Below, in pieces: positions 9,872 through 20,693 of a stretch of 64,000 bases of DNA. Numbering within the stretch: the first letter of the stretch is position 1; each line of letters begins with the position of its first letter. The position numbers were made by a program, and so were the translations under genes. The stretch covers positions 1 to 64,000 of the IMG/VR virus record IMGVR_UViG_3300028829_003504; one strand, 5' to 3'. The notes below the pieces were generated by a model, which searched no databases, was not told where the DNA came from, and saw only the letters and a program-made list of their open reading frames with translations.

Positions 9872-10618
9872 ATGCAAATACTAAAAGAAAAGCTAGCCGC
9901 TGGAGGTATATGTTTTGGTGAAGGGTCTCCAGAACATGTTACTATAAACCCAATTGGCATGACTGAACTCAGTATGCTATCTGAGTCAGCCACACTAAAC
10001 AAACATGTAACCTTTGTCGATGCAATACTAAGTACGGTTGAAGGCGTTGAAGATCATCAATTATCAATGGGTGAGTTCTTCCAAATAGTCGCATACCACA
10101 GAATACACGCATTCCCTGATAGCCCAATTGAATTGAACTGGACTTGCTCTGGATTTATGTTCGTAGACCTTGACGGCAATGAACTACGTTACACTGATGT
10201 AGACAGCAAAGACAAAGAGTTCCAGAAGACTTTACGTCCTAAGCCTTGTGGTCAAACTTGTCACGTTGACTTTGATTACGATGATTTAGATATATTGATA
10301 ATGCCTGAGCGTGAACTGCCTGAAGGCTTCTCCGTTCCTACTTCCTCTCTATATGCTGAGTATGTAGAGTTATCTAATGACCCTAAACTGGCTAAGATTA
10401 TTCCAGCGGCCCAATGGATTGCACACGGTAATACGATTGAAGATAAGATTAAATTCTTACGCAAGCAAACAGACTTAAAGATGTTTGACCAAGCCAGTCG
10501 ATTGAATCATGAACTTAGACATGGGCCTCTCAACAAATTACACGCAGCTTGTCCTAATTGCGGCACCCAAGTTGAACAAGGTATAGTGTTCGACCAATAC
10601 TCATTTTTTAGACAATAA
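9872..10618 (+). CDS. putative baseplate hub assembly protein (T4 gp26/gp51-like)
   Basis: LSMGEFFQIVAYHRIHAFP, CPNCG zinc ribbon, C-terminal FF; paralog of 12222..13175. Confidence 0.6.
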   Translation: MQILKEKLAAGGICFGEGSPEHVTINPIGMTELSMLSESATLNKHVTFVDAILSTVEGVEDHQLSMGEFFQIVAYHRIHAFPDSPIELNWTCSGFMFVDLDGNELRYTDVDSKDKEFQKTLRPKPCGQTCHVDFDYDDLDILIMPERELPEGFSVPTSSLYAEYVELSNDPKLAKIIPAAQWIAHGNTIEDKIKFLRKQTDLKMFDQASRLNHELRHGPLNKLHAACPNCGTQVEQGIVFDQYSFFRQ

Positions 10619-10627
10619 GAGACTACC

Positions 10628-11275
10628 ATGAGAATATTTATAAGCGAATCAGCTAGACTAACTAAGTCACTACGCGGCGCTACGGCCTATATCGCCAAGT
10701 CCAGTATCAAAGTAGGTGATGACGACCACGAAAGTAATATCAAGAAGGGTGAGAAGTTTTACTTGAAGACTCTTGGTAAGAAACATTACCTAATGGACGT
10801 TGAAGGTAAAGAGATTTATCAATTCGTTATTGATGAAAAGACTTTCAAAGCTTTGGACAACAAACATGAAGCCTTTAAGGATGAAGGTAAAGCGGCTACG
10901 CAGAAGAAAGGTAAAGCCAAGACTCATACTGACGGTGCTACTGGTATGAAAGAGAAACGCAAGCAAGCTAAATCGTCTAAAGGCGCCAATACGAAAAAGA
11001 TTAAGTCCTTATTGGACGATGGTTATAATAAAAATCTAGGCATCGGAGAATCAGATGCTAAGACTGCTATATCTGATGCTTTTAAAGGTAAGACCCACGC
11101 CCAAAGAGTTAAAGACATTAACAAGTCTAAGCTAGGTTTACACGAATATGATCCGGAAGACTTTGACTTGGACGAATCGGAATACGATAAGTTAGTTGGC
11201 AAACTTAAGAAAAAGCTAATAGACGTTTCTAAGAATATGGACTCAGGTGATAAACTCTCTGACTTCGGTCTATAG
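10628..11275 (+). CDS. basic protein with MRIFISES leader (paralog 1)
   Basis: 215 aa, Lys-rich; near-identical N and C termini to 11337..12221. Confidence 0.75.
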   Translation: MRIFISESARLTKSLRGATAYIAKSSIKVGDDDHESNIKKGEKFYLKTLGKKHYLMDVEGKEIYQFVIDEKTFKALDNKHEAFKDEGKAATQKKGKAKTHTDGATGMKEKRKQAKSSKGANTKKIKSLLDDGYNKNLGIGESDAKTAISDAFKGKTHAQRVKDINKSKLGLHEYDPEDFDLDESEYDKLVGKLKKKLIDVSKNMDSGDKLSDFGL

Positions 11276-11283
11276 TAAACTAG

Positions 11284-11340
11284 ATGGATTGGGAAACCTC
11301 AATCCGTGGCACTCGATTCAACCTTAAGAGACTACCATGA
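11284..11340 (+). pseudogene. 18-codon remnant of the 5' end of the 12222 gene
   Basis: MDWETSIRGTRF versus MDWETAIHDTRF; its TGA overlaps the ATG at 11337. Confidence 0.7.
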
Positions 11341-12221
11341 GAATATTTATAAGCGAATCAGCTAGATTAACTAAATCACTCAGAGGCGCTACGGCCTATG
11401 AGGCCAAGTCTACTGTTAAAGTAGATGACGACGATCACGAAAGTAATATAAAGAAGGGTGAGAAGTTCTATCTTAAGAAGTTAGGTAAGAAGCATTACGT
11501 TATCGACCTTGAGAAAGAAGGCGGTAAGACTGTCTATTACCAATTTGCAGTCGATGAAGCCACTTACGATAAGTTAGCCAAGAAGCATACGAACACCGAT
11601 GATGCTCCTGGTATGAAAGAGAAACGCGAGCAGGCAGCAGGTCGTAAGGCTACTCAAAATAAGAAAGCTTCGGTCGGTTTAAAGTACACCCCCGCTAAAG
11701 GCAAGCACGACAACGTGGACCCTAAAATAAAGAAGAAGCTTAGAAAAGAATTCGAGACTGAGATTAAAGAGTTGAGGAAAACGGGCCAACACTTTGTAGG
11801 TAAACCTGGACTCAAGAAAGCCAAAGCTGCTTTCAAGAAAGCCATGGACCTCGCTGAGAAAGCAGGTAAAGCCAAAGACGGTAAAGGCAAGATTGCTCAA
11901 CGTGCAGACACTAAGAAAACTCAGAATAAAAAGAAAATCGTAACTGGAATCTTAAAGAATAAGAAATATCAAGAATTGGGCATGGGGGATTCCGCGAATC
12001 AGAGCGCCATGCTAGACGCGTTTAAAGGTAAGACACATGACCAGCGAGTTAAGGCTATTAAGAAATCAAATTTAGGCCTTTTCGAGTGGGACGAAGACGA
12101 TGATATATCTGAAAAAGAGCATAACGCTACTTTGGCAAAGATTAAGTCTGAACTTATTGATCTGTCAAAAAATATGAATAAAGGCGATAAGCTTTCCGAC
12201 TTCGGCCTAGATTATTTATAG
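11337..12221 (+). CDS. basic protein with MRIFISES leader (paralog 2)
   Basis: 294 aa; has an extra K/A-rich middle segment relative to paralog 1. Confidence 0.75.
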   Translation: MRIFISESARLTKSLRGATAYEAKSTVKVDDDDHESNIKKGEKFYLKKLGKKHYVIDLEKEGGKTVYYQFAVDEATYDKLAKKHTNTDDAPGMKEKREQAAGRKATQNKKASVGLKYTPAKGKHDNVDPKIKKKLRKEFETEIKELRKTGQHFVGKPGLKKAKAAFKKAMDLAEKAGKAKDGKGKIAQRADTKKTQNKKKIVTGILKNKKYQELGMGDSANQSAMLDAFKGKTHDQRVKAIKKSNLGLFEWDEDDDISEKEHNATLAKIKSELIDLSKNMNKGDKLSDFGLDYL

Positions 12222-13175
12222 ATGGATTGGGAAACCGCAATCCATGACACTCGGTTCAGAGACATAGGCGATCTCCCCACGGGTTTTCGCCTATACTCGT
12301 TTAAAGAGCTTATGATTCGTCCATTTAGTTTGAACGAACTATACATAGTCGGTGCAGGACATAGGGCAGATTCAATACGCCATGTTATCCGTGCCGCAGA
12401 AATCGTAACGTCATGTGATGTAAACCAATTAACGGATGGTGACTTCGCTTATGTGCTTGCTTGGCTAAGAATCAATTCATATCCTGAAAGCCCAATCAAT
12501 GCCGTATGGCAATGTAAAAGTAAATCACTCCTCGACCACAAACGTAGACCTCTTAATATGTCGAAAGCAGCAGGCAAGTCCTTTGCCGAGATTGATAGAC
12601 TAGGTTGGACGTTAAAAGAATGTGGCCACGAAAACGTTTACCTGGCACATAATGCCTCAATGGACATTACTGTACTGGAAGACTTCGACTTACCCGAGGG
12701 ACTTTCGTTTCCTACTGTATCGACATTAGTTGAAGCCGAAGACCTAATGGAAGAACCTGAGTTCACCCATATACTTGATGCACTACGTTGGATTAAAGAG
12801 GGTAAAACCCTTAGAGATAAATACGAATATGTCAAATCACTAGGTAACTTAGAACTCTTTAACAAAGCCAAAGAAATGGCTAACGGTAGAATAACCCACG
12901 GTATAACTGAGACCGTACCAATTGAATGTATGATGTGTAGCACTAAGCAAACCGTATTCGATAAAGTACCATCGTTTATAAAGTTCTTTGCCGCTTACAC
13001 TGAAACCTCTCTGTACAACATTCAGTATAACCTGACTACGGCCTTTAATATATTCATTGAAGATACTATGCCTAGTCAGAAACTTTTATACATGCACAGT
13101 TCTTACGTTAAGGACCTTAACGAGAAGAAAGAGCGTGACGCCTTGAAAGCCGCTACGCGACGCAAAGGTAGATAG
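12222..13175 (+). CDS. putative baseplate hub assembly protein (gp26/gp51-like)
   Basis: LPTG...IRPF, LTDGDFAYVLAWLRINSYP, CMMC; paralog of 9872..10618. Confidence 0.6.
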   Translation: MDWETAIHDTRFRDIGDLPTGFRLYSFKELMIRPFSLNELYIVGAGHRADSIRHVIRAAEIVTSCDVNQLTDGDFAYVLAWLRINSYPESPINAVWQCKSKSLLDHKRRPLNMSKAAGKSFAEIDRLGWTLKECGHENVYLAHNASMDITVLEDFDLPEGLSFPTVSTLVEAEDLMEEPEFTHILDALRWIKEGKTLRDKYEYVKSLGNLELFNKAKEMANGRITHGITETVPIECMMCSTKQTVFDKVPSFIKFFAAYTETSLYNIQYNLTTAFNIFIEDTMPSQKLLYMHSSYVKDLNEKKERDALKAATRRKGR

Positions 13176-13189
13176 ATAGAGGAGCATGT

Positions 13190-15757
13190 ATGTTAGACCC
13201 AATTGAACTCATGGCCGAACGCGCCGGCGAGTTGGAACAGACATACGAAAATAATGTAATGCTACCGGGGCTTCCTGCTCCGGGAGTGTTAGCGTTTAAA
13301 TCTGAACCCGGACTCCCTACACCTTATACAGGAAGAGGCAGTGTGGATAGAGGAGTAATCGAAGGCCAGCTAGTTCCAAATGATAACGCCGACCTTAGAC
13401 TTGCACCGTCGACTGGGATGGTATCGCCTGGTAACAACATGACGTTATCCGAACTGGACAACGTTTATGATGCAGCTACCGAAGAAGTCTTAGATGCCTT
13501 ATTCTTAATAGATGAAGACCTTAATAGCGGTCTTGATATCCTTTCAAACTCTATCACTACTTATAATGGTAAGAGTATGCGATTGCAAATACAGCAACGC
13601 GATATGATGAAAGAAATGGGTAAGATATTTAGAGATTGGTGGGAAGTAACGCAACGTGACCGCAACAAGCCAGAAGTTCTAAAGACTAAGGATACTGATG
13701 TAGGTCCAGGTACTGGCTTAGCTGTTGATACAAGTCAATCTACCAATAGCGATTCAGGTAGTCTACTTGATGGCCTAAACATAGGTGGTAGTAGATCAAG
13801 TAAAGACGATGACAAAAAGAATAACAGACGTAACGAGAAACGAAGCAAGCGACCTAAAGGTAAGTGGGCTGGACTGGCTTGGGATGTTAAAACTTATGGA
13901 GGTAAAGCATTAGACTTCGCTAAAGGTAATGCAGGCAAGTTAGCGTTAGGCGCTGGTGCAGGCTATTTAGCGTATAATGCTATATCCGATAATCGTGAAG
14001 AAGACGTCATGACTCCGGAGAAGGTATTGGCTAAACAGAAGGCTGAGCGTACTGGAACTATGATGGACCCTCAATCTGGTGAACAAATCACTTGGGATGA
14101 GTATGACAGTAAGTATGGGCAAGCGAAAACTAGCGAAATTAATGCCTCTACCACTGCGCCAGCTACCTCTACCACACCCGTATTAGAGCCAGGGCAGGCA
14201 TCAATTCCTAGTCGTGTACAAGACGTATCAGATGGCAGTTTTAGCACTTCTCAGATGATTGGTGCTGCGGGGTTGACAGCAATGGGAGGAACGGTAGCAG
14301 CACAGCACATGCGTAATAGGTCTACTATTCCTAAGCCTACAGCAGGTTTACTTCCACAGAGCCCAGATGTCCCCAAAGCTAATACTCCTAAGACTAATGC
14401 TAAAGTACCTAAGAAAGGCATACTTAGCACTTTGAAGAAAGTTCCTAAGCTAGGTGCCTTGAATGCGGTACTAGGTGCTGCTAATATATACGGTACGGCT
14501 ACTGATGATTCTCTTGATAGCAGAGAGAAGACTACAGGCATAGCTGACTCTGTTGGTTCTATGGGAGCTTATGCAGGTGCAATGGCACTAGGGCCTTTAG
14601 CGCCTTTCGCATTAAGTGCCCTTGGTATTTCTGATGGTATTAGTTTTGCAGGCGACTTAATGGGTTACGATATACCTAGTTTAAGTGGTGCTGCTGGAAG
14701 TATGGTGAGCGGTGCTGCTGGAGGAATCTATGATGGTGCCTCTGCTGTCGGTGACTTCTTCGGATTCGGCGATGACCCTACAGAAGAAAATGTACAGACG
14801 GCCGCAGCCCTGACTAGTACTAATGCTAGCATACCTACTGGCGGTGACGAGTTTGGTGATATTAATATGGCACCACCAGTAGCTGCAACCCGTAAGTCTG
14901 AGAAGATTAAAGAACTCCAAAAGGTCGTCAGTAACAATCAAACTAATATGATTACTACCAATCCTGTGCAGGCTGTTGTTAATAAACAGAAGCAGGATGA
15001 AGGTATAGGTAAAGCCCTATCTTTATTAAAAGATAAGCCAGCACTTGAGCGTAAGAGTTCTGAATCCGCAGTGACTAGTAGTTTGTTTACCGCTGCGTCT
15101 GCAATGAGCCCGGGTCTTAGCTCAGGTGTAAATGCCATGTATGGAAATACTGATATATCTGATATAACCAACATGTATAGTTCTCCTACTACAGTGGCTA
15201 ATAATAGAAATACTTCCGGAGGTAGCGACTCAGTTATAAACGAAGGCTCCCTATATAGTAATAAGAAAATACACGAGACTCAAAGTTTCTTTGGTAGTAT
15301 GATGGACAGAGTTAGTTCTGCTGCAAGTAAAGCTTACGACTTCACACCAATGGGAATGATTAGTAACCTCAAGACATCGCCTGCTATTTCCAATTCACTG
15401 AGCAGCGTATCGAATAGTATACTAGGCGCCGACCCTAGTACGGTTAATACCAATCAGTCTCAGGCAGGTACTTCGAGTGTTGATACTGTTCAGGTAAATG
15501 CTAACACGGTTGAAGTTCTTCCTAAAGTCGAAAGCACTGAACGTTCTAATTTTACTACTATAAAAGAAGCATCTGCACCTATGGTTGATAGCACACCGCA
15601 AGCTCCTATCGTAGTACAAGCACCTGCTCCTAAAACCGCACCTAAACAGCATACTCGAATTATCAAACAAGTTGTTCAACCAAGACCGACTATTGATGAT
15701 ACACCTACCATGATTGGTAACGGCGGTCTTGGCCTTATAGGCAACACACTTGTATAG
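13190..15757 (+). CDS. putative tape-measure/baseplate hub-like protein
   Basis: 855 aa, G/A/S-rich with hydrophobic G/A helices, located among tail genes. Confidence 0.5.
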   Translation: MLDPIELMAERAGELEQTYENNVMLPGLPAPGVLAFKSEPGLPTPYTGRGSVDRGVIEGQLVPNDNADLRLAPSTGMVSPGNNMTLSELDNVYDAATEEVLDALFLIDEDLNSGLDILSNSITTYNGKSMRLQIQQRDMMKEMGKIFRDWWEVTQRDRNKPEVLKTKDTDVGPGTGLAVDTSQSTNSDSGSLLDGLNIGGSRSSKDDDKKNNRRNEKRSKRPKGKWAGLAWDVKTYGGKALDFAKGNAGKLALGAGAGYLAYNAISDNREEDVMTPEKVLAKQKAERTGTMMDPQSGEQITWDEYDSKYGQAKTSEINASTTAPATSTTPVLEPGQASIPSRVQDVSDGSFSTSQMIGAAGLTAMGGTVAAQHMRNRSTIPKPTAGLLPQSPDVPKANTPKTNAKVPKKGILSTLKKVPKLGALNAVLGAANIYGTATDDSLDSREKTTGIADSVGSMGAYAGAMALGPLAPFALSALGISDGISFAGDLMGYDIPSLSGAAGSMVSGAAGGIYDGASAVGDFFGFGDDPTEENVQTAAALTSTNASIPTGGDEFGDINMAPPVAATRKSEKIKELQKVVSNNQTNMITTNPVQAVVNKQKQDEGIGKALSLLKDKPALERKSSESAVTSSLFTAASAMSPGLSSGVNAMYGNTDISDITNMYSSPTTVANNRNTSGGSDSVINEGSLYSNKKIHETQSFFGSMMDRVSSAASKAYDFTPMGMISNLKTSPAISNSLSSVSNSILGADPSTVNTNQSQAGTSSVDTVQVNANTVEVLPKVESTERSNFTTIKEASAPMVDSTPQAPIVVQAPAPKTAPKQHTRIIKQVVQPRPTIDDTPTMIGNGGLGLIGNTLV

Positions 15758-15765
15758 GATATAAT

Positions 15766-16554
15766 ATGGCTAATTATTTAATTGATGTAACAGGTAGGCC
15801 GTTGTCTAAAGGTACAGACTCAATCCGAGATACTTTTGATGGAGGTGCCGCAGCGGCTGACTTGTATTACACATGTTTCTTGTATAACAGAAACCCAAAC
15901 CCTGACGAGCAAATAAGCATATATGGTAAGCTGCCTGCTGACTTCTCACTGGATTTAAACTCTTCGTGGGATGCACCTTTTGATTCTACATTCGGCGATC
16001 TGTCAGGTGGTGCAGGTGCTGCGTTAGGCGCACTGGCAGGTAACGCGGCAATAGGTCAACAGTTAGGAAGCGTGACCGGTAAAGCCACGGGGGTTACTCG
16101 CGCTGTAATCGGCAGTGCTAAGACTTGGACCGGTAATACTGATATTGATATTACCTTACCTATTAAGATTCAAGCCTATGATGATACTACTAAAGAAATC
16201 ATGGAACCTATGAAGCGTATACTTAAAGCAGTAACGCCTCACTTAAACAAAGCAGGTATCTTAATTCCACCAGGCCCTTCCATTATCAACTTCGATACTT
16301 CAACGTTCGGCGCAGGTAATGAGAAAGAATGGGCCAGTGCGATGCTTGCCGGCTTTGGTAAGAAAGCATTCTATGTTCAGATTGGTACATGGTTCAAAAT
16401 GTTCCCTGCTATAATTGAAGGTGTATCAGTACAGTTCGACGGTCTAGTTGAAGACGGTACTGGTCATCCTATGTTCATGGAAGCAACATTCAAAGTTAAG
16501 TCCTACTTGACTCCTACCAAATACGATATAGATAACTGGATTAATATACGATGA
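15766..16554 (+). CDS. putative baseplate/tail-tube cap protein
   Basis: 262 aa with a tube-like C-terminal pattern (AIIEGVSVQFD...P...EATFKV); positional support. Confidence 0.5.
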   Translation: MANYLIDVTGRPLSKGTDSIRDTFDGGAAAADLYYTCFLYNRNPNPDEQISIYGKLPADFSLDLNSSWDAPFDSTFGDLSGGAGAALGALAGNAAIGQQLGSVTGKATGVTRAVIGSAKTWTGNTDIDITLPIKIQAYDDTTKEIMEPMKRILKAVTPHLNKAGILIPPGPSIINFDTSTFGAGNEKEWASAMLAGFGKKAFYVQIGTWFKMFPAIIEGVSVQFDGLVEDGTGHPMFMEATFKVKSYLTPTKYDIDNWINIR

Positions 16555-16874
16555 GGCATAAAGCTATACACGTTGACCGATTCGGGATCGACCCATTAAA
16601 AGATAACGTATCGGAAAACCTACATAAGATTACTGACTACCAGGAGCACCTAATAACGTTCCCTGATGTCGGTAACATTGATACAATATCCGACTTATAC
16701 TACGAGACCTCAAGTCTTGGTTTTATTCTACTGGATTATAATGGTATAGGTCATGAAATGCAACTTGAAGTTGGACAGATGTTAAAGATACCAAGCAAGC
16801 TAAAAGTGTTGACTTTGTTCTCAGAGAAGTCAAAACCTAAAGCCATCGGTACTACAAGCAGAGTCTCCATCTAG
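16551..16874 (+). CDS. LysM/gp53-like baseplate protein
   Basis: IDTISDLYY...ILLDYNGI...LEVGQMLKIP LysM-like pattern. Confidence 0.65.
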   Translation: MRHKAIHVDRFGIDPLKDNVSENLHKITDYQEHLITFPDVGNIDTISDLYYETSSLGFILLDYNGIGHEMQLEVGQMLKIPSKLKVLTLFSEKSKPKAIGTTSRVSI

Positions 16875-16882
16875 GAACTATT

Positions 16883-18847
16883 ATGTCTATGAACGTTGAG
16901 GACTTAGGTGTCTTCGAATTAAAAGTAAACGGGTCGAGTATTAGTGCAGGGTTGAATGTCTTTAGGGAAGGCATCATGCAATCTGGATACGGTCTGCCTG
17001 TAGCAACGGCTAAGTTTGTGTTTGCCGATCACCACGGAGCATTAGTTGGTGACCAAGCACTGAACGACGGTACTAAACTTGAAATCCTATTAGGGCAAAC
17101 GCCAGAGGACTCAGTTACGTATGTATTTTCGGTCTACAGCATAAACTCGTACGAAGATAATGGTGCTAATATTCAAGAAGCCTATTGCATGTTGGACGTT
17201 CCTGCATTAACTATCGGTGCATTCAGAGACATGTACGAAGATACGAGCAGCGGTGTAGTTGGGGCTATTGCAGGTGAAGTTGGTCTTGAATTCGATGGAC
17301 CTGACTCCACAGATGATAGCATGACATGGATTAATTGCGGTAGTACACGCTTACAATTTCTAGAACAAACCTGCCTAAGGGCCTACGCCTCAGATAAGTC
17401 CTGTATCTCACTTGCGGTCGACTTCGATACCATTCGAATGAAAGACCTATTCGCACAGTTCAGTAAAGAGCCTGAGTACAGCCTCTACTATTCAATTAAT
17501 ATAGATGATGACGACCCAGGCATTAAAGTTAGTATGGATGAAAGCAAGCCCTGCTCTCGTAATGGCTTCTATAATCAAGCCACTAACTATGGCCATACCC
17601 ATTGGCAGCATTCTCTTTCAGGCGAACCTATTAAGCTGGACAAGATTGACCCAGTTGTTTTAGGTGATGGTTTACCTATCAACAGCGACATTAAAGGTCA
17701 AGTTGAAGCTTCTGCGTTTACGATGGGACCGGGTTTCGATACAGGTAGTGGTGACTTGCCTGGAGCAAACGTCCATGAGAACTACTACAAAGCACGGTAT
17801 CAAAACTTAAGGTTCTTGAGTTTGTTTACCGAGGGTGTTACAACCCTGTCACGAACATTCTTAAACATACCTCTATTCACTCCTGTTAGATACGTACATG
17901 GTTCTGTAAGAGACGACGATAGTGCCGAAAGTAAAAAGCATACTGGTAATTATATCGTAGGTGGTAAAACTCTATTACTCAGAGGTAAGCACTATGCGGA
18001 ACTTTATGACTTATATAGACCTTTCATCAATGAGACAGGTAATACTCCAACTGTAGGCGGTCCTTCTAGCAGCAGTGCCTCAGACGGAAGTCCTACACCT
18101 CAGATAAGTAGAGAGCAGGACCTCGATGCAGCGCCTACTAGTTCGGATAGTGTAAATAGTATATCAGCTAAAGCGACTAACGCTACAGGAAATAAACCAA
18201 GCATCAAGCAGCCTAGTATTATAGATAAAGCCAACGATGTTAATGGCCAAATCAATAGTAATGTATCAGGCATCGCGTCAAATGGTGATACATTATTTGA
18301 CGATACGGTCAAAACCCTTAATGATAACTTAGATAAAGCCGAGAAGAAACTTAAAGACTTAGGCGACTCCCTAGGTGCTGACTTCCTCGCCGATAAATAC
18401 GGCGCGGGTTATGATAAAGCCGATGCTCTTATGAATGAATTCCAAGGAGCTATGGCTCAAATGGACCTATGTAAGAAACTAAGTGGACTTGAAACCCTTA
18501 CCGTTGACTTCACAATGAATAACAAAGACAAAGTACTTAATGTTATCTCCGAAAGGGAGAGTGTTTTGCAAGGTGCTCTTGACTCTAATATAGGTGCAGT
18601 GAATGCCCTTATAGATAAAGGCGGAGTTCCTGATAGCTATGTCGATGCACCTGATATTAAAGCTAAATGTAATGCTGAAACCGTAAGCGAGATTAATAAA
18701 GCTCTTAAGGATACATTACCCGATAAATGCTTAGATAAAAGGGACATCGATAAGCTTAATGGTCCTAGTATTGACCTTTCCCAGAAGCTTCGTAAGTTAC
18801 AGAAACAATTAGAAGACCTTTTATGTGCAATGGGTCTAGGAGTATAA
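16883..18847 (+). CDS. putative baseplate hub protein (gp27/VgrG-like) with helical C-terminal extension
   Basis: 654 aa between the LysM gene and the spike gene. Confidence 0.55.
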   Translation: MSMNVEDLGVFELKVNGSSISAGLNVFREGIMQSGYGLPVATAKFVFADHHGALVGDQALNDGTKLEILLGQTPEDSVTYVFSVYSINSYEDNGANIQEAYCMLDVPALTIGAFRDMYEDTSSGVVGAIAGEVGLEFDGPDSTDDSMTWINCGSTRLQFLEQTCLRAYASDKSCISLAVDFDTIRMKDLFAQFSKEPEYSLYYSINIDDDDPGIKVSMDESKPCSRNGFYNQATNYGHTHWQHSLSGEPIKLDKIDPVVLGDGLPINSDIKGQVEASAFTMGPGFDTGSGDLPGANVHENYYKARYQNLRFLSLFTEGVTTLSRTFLNIPLFTPVRYVHGSVRDDDSAESKKHTGNYIVGGKTLLLRGKHYAELYDLYRPFINETGNTPTVGGPSSSSASDGSPTPQISREQDLDAAPTSSDSVNSISAKATNATGNKPSIKQPSIIDKANDVNGQINSNVSGIASNGDTLFDDTVKTLNDNLDKAEKKLKDLGDSLGADFLADKYGAGYDKADALMNEFQGAMAQMDLCKKLSGLETLTVDFTMNNKDKVLNVISERESVLQGALDSNIGAVNALIDKGGVPDSYVDAPDIKAKCNAETVSEINKALKDTLPDKCLDKRDIDKLNGPSIDLSQKLRKLQKQLEDLLCAMGLGV

Positions 18848-18848
18848 A

Positions 18849-19649
18849 ATGAAGTCCAATATTAATCTACCTCGACACCTAGAGCGTAAGGGTCTTAATC
18901 CAAGAAAGCCCTACCTTGCAAAAGTTGTTGATAACCGTGACCCTGCGGAGCTAGGTAGAATACGTGCAAGGATAGACGGATTTTTTGATCACGTACCTGA
19001 TGATAAGCTTCCTTGGTCAATCCCTAGATGGGATCATCCTCAGGGATTGAAAGGAGGTAGTGATACAGATAGGACAGGTACGGCCTGTATACCAAAGCGT
19101 GATACTAAGGTCTCATTGCAGTTTCCTCACGATGGAGACCCGATGCAGTCTGAGTACAGTACTAAGTTACCTTGGGACCAAGAGAACCAACTACCTGAGT
19201 TCTTAGAAAACTATCCGGATAGACTAGGTACTAAGTTAGATAATGGCTACACTAAGATTATTGACACTAAGACCAATGAGATATTTATCATTAACCCTGG
19301 CGATGCGAACGTTACTATCTTAGGTGACACTAACGTTCAAACTATAGGAAACTTGCAGTGGCATGTTACTAGTGATACAGGTAAGATACCCGGCTATTTA
19401 CTTAATGCTCCTGCAACAGTACTAAGTCAACTAAGTCAGAATCAACAAGGCCAGATAAGTTTCGAAGGCCTATATGGAGGGAATAGCGGCAACGTCCACT
19501 TCGATGTGGAAAATCATTTTACTATTAAGACAGGAGGTAACATGAAGTTTGATGTCGGTGGTAAGATGGAGCATAAGACAGGCGGTAAGTACGATATTAA
19601 AGCAGGTGGTGCATACAAAGCGAAAGCCACCCGCATTGACTTAAACTAA
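18849..19649 (+). CDS. baseplate central spike (gp5/gpV-like)
   Basis: OB-fold motif AKVVDNRDPAELGRIRARI...LPW and C-terminal beta-helix repeats ending RIDLN. Confidence 0.85.
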   Translation: MKSNINLPRHLERKGLNPRKPYLAKVVDNRDPAELGRIRARIDGFFDHVPDDKLPWSIPRWDHPQGLKGGSDTDRTGTACIPKRDTKVSLQFPHDGDPMQSEYSTKLPWDQENQLPEFLENYPDRLGTKLDNGYTKIIDTKTNEIFIINPGDANVTILGDTNVQTIGNLQWHVTSDTGKIPGYLLNAPATVLSQLSQNQQGQISFEGLYGGNSGNVHFDVENHFTIKTGGNMKFDVGGKMEHKTGGKYDIKAGGAYKAKATRIDLN

Positions 19650-19661
19650 CAAGGAGGCCTC

Positions 19662-20057
19662 GTGGCTTTCCAAAAAGTATTAAAACCAAAAGCAAAGGAC
19701 TTCAGGCGATTAACAGTTACTACCGATGGTAAAGTATTCAAACGTAGTTATGCCCTGTACCTTCCTCGATGTCCTAAACCTAAACGGCACCTCATATTCT
19801 TACCGAAAGATATCGTTGTTCAAGAAGGCCAGCATGTAGAAATGCTATGGCTTGTAGCATCGGATGAACAGAACGGTAAGCCTACTAAACCTCTAAAGGG
19901 CTATCACCTAAAACATCACTACACTGCATTCCTAGAAGATAGAATGCACGACTGGGATATACATAACGATGAAAAAGGTAAACCTTATTTAAGCTATGCA
20001 GGCTCAGGTACACGGGGTGAAGTATGGCTAATTATTATCATTAAAGGAGATAAGTAG
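19662..20057 (+). CDS. hypothetical protein
   Basis: 131 aa, GTG start with AGGAGG RBS. Confidence 0.65.
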   Translation: MAFQKVLKPKAKDFRRLTVTTDGKVFKRSYALYLPRCPKPKRHLIFLPKDIVVQEGQHVEMLWLVASDEQNGKPTKPLKGYHLKHHYTAFLEDRMHDWDIHNDEKGKPYLSYAGSGTRGEVWLIIIIKGDK

Positions 20058-20629
20058 TGGACGATTATAGAAAACGAGCACAGGTAGGAATGCTACATAT
20101 CAGTATAGAGGGATACAACTCTACCCATAGAAGTATGATTCATACCGTAAACCTATCAACGCCTACCGACGAACTTAGAACGTCACGAAGATTCGGCGAA
20201 ACAGGCTTTGCTAAGATTGATATATCTGATACCTTAGGGAACAAAAGCTATAGTAACTTCATGTGTAGTAATATGGAAGGCTATACTTCCAAGTTCGAAC
20301 ATACGCACGAAGAATGGAACGTTGAAGTTAGACTTACCACAGCCATTGAATTTCTTAATATATTCCACTCGGTATCACAAGACGTATTAACTCAAGACCA
20401 ATACTTCGAAGCCTTGTACTTCCTATATGATAATCACATTAAACATTATGTAGGTAAGCCAGAACTGGTAGAGTACGCCGAACGTAAATTCCGTACGAGG
20501 TCAGATAAGATTCCTTTCTTATCTAACCCTAAGGTAATGGGTTGGATCTCAATATTAACTGCATGTGTTAAACGTAACTCCAGACCCTGTTGGGTACGTA
20601 GGGCCTCAGGCGAACCTTTTTCCCAATAG
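20057..20629 (+). CDS. hypothetical protein
   Basis: 190 aa, coupled to the upstream ORF. Confidence 0.6.
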   Translation: MDDYRKRAQVGMLHISIEGYNSTHRSMIHTVNLSTPTDELRTSRRFGETGFAKIDISDTLGNKSYSNFMCSNMEGYTSKFEHTHEEWNVEVRLTTAIEFLNIFHSVSQDVLTQDQYFEALYFLYDNHIKHYVGKPELVEYAERKFRTRSDKIPFLSNPKVMGWISILTACVKRNSRPCWVRRASGEPFSQ

Positions 20630-20640
20630 AGAAGTTAACA

Positions 20641-20660
20641 AGCCTCAATTGAGGCTTTTT
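20641..20660 (+). terminator. intrinsic terminator
   Basis: AGCCTC-AATT-GAGGCT-TTTT. Confidence 0.65.
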
Positions 20661-20693
20661 CTATTTTAATATTAAAGTCATAGAGGCTCAAGC

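Larger units (their letters stand above)
10616..12258 (+). repeat. tandem gene duplication (units about 10616-11320 and 11325-12258)
   Basis: TAAGAGACTACCATGAGAATATTTATAAGCGAATCAGCTAGA occurs twice, and TAGATGGATTGGGAAACC.CAATCC.TG.CACTCG.TTCA occurs at 11281 and 12219. Confidence 0.85.
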
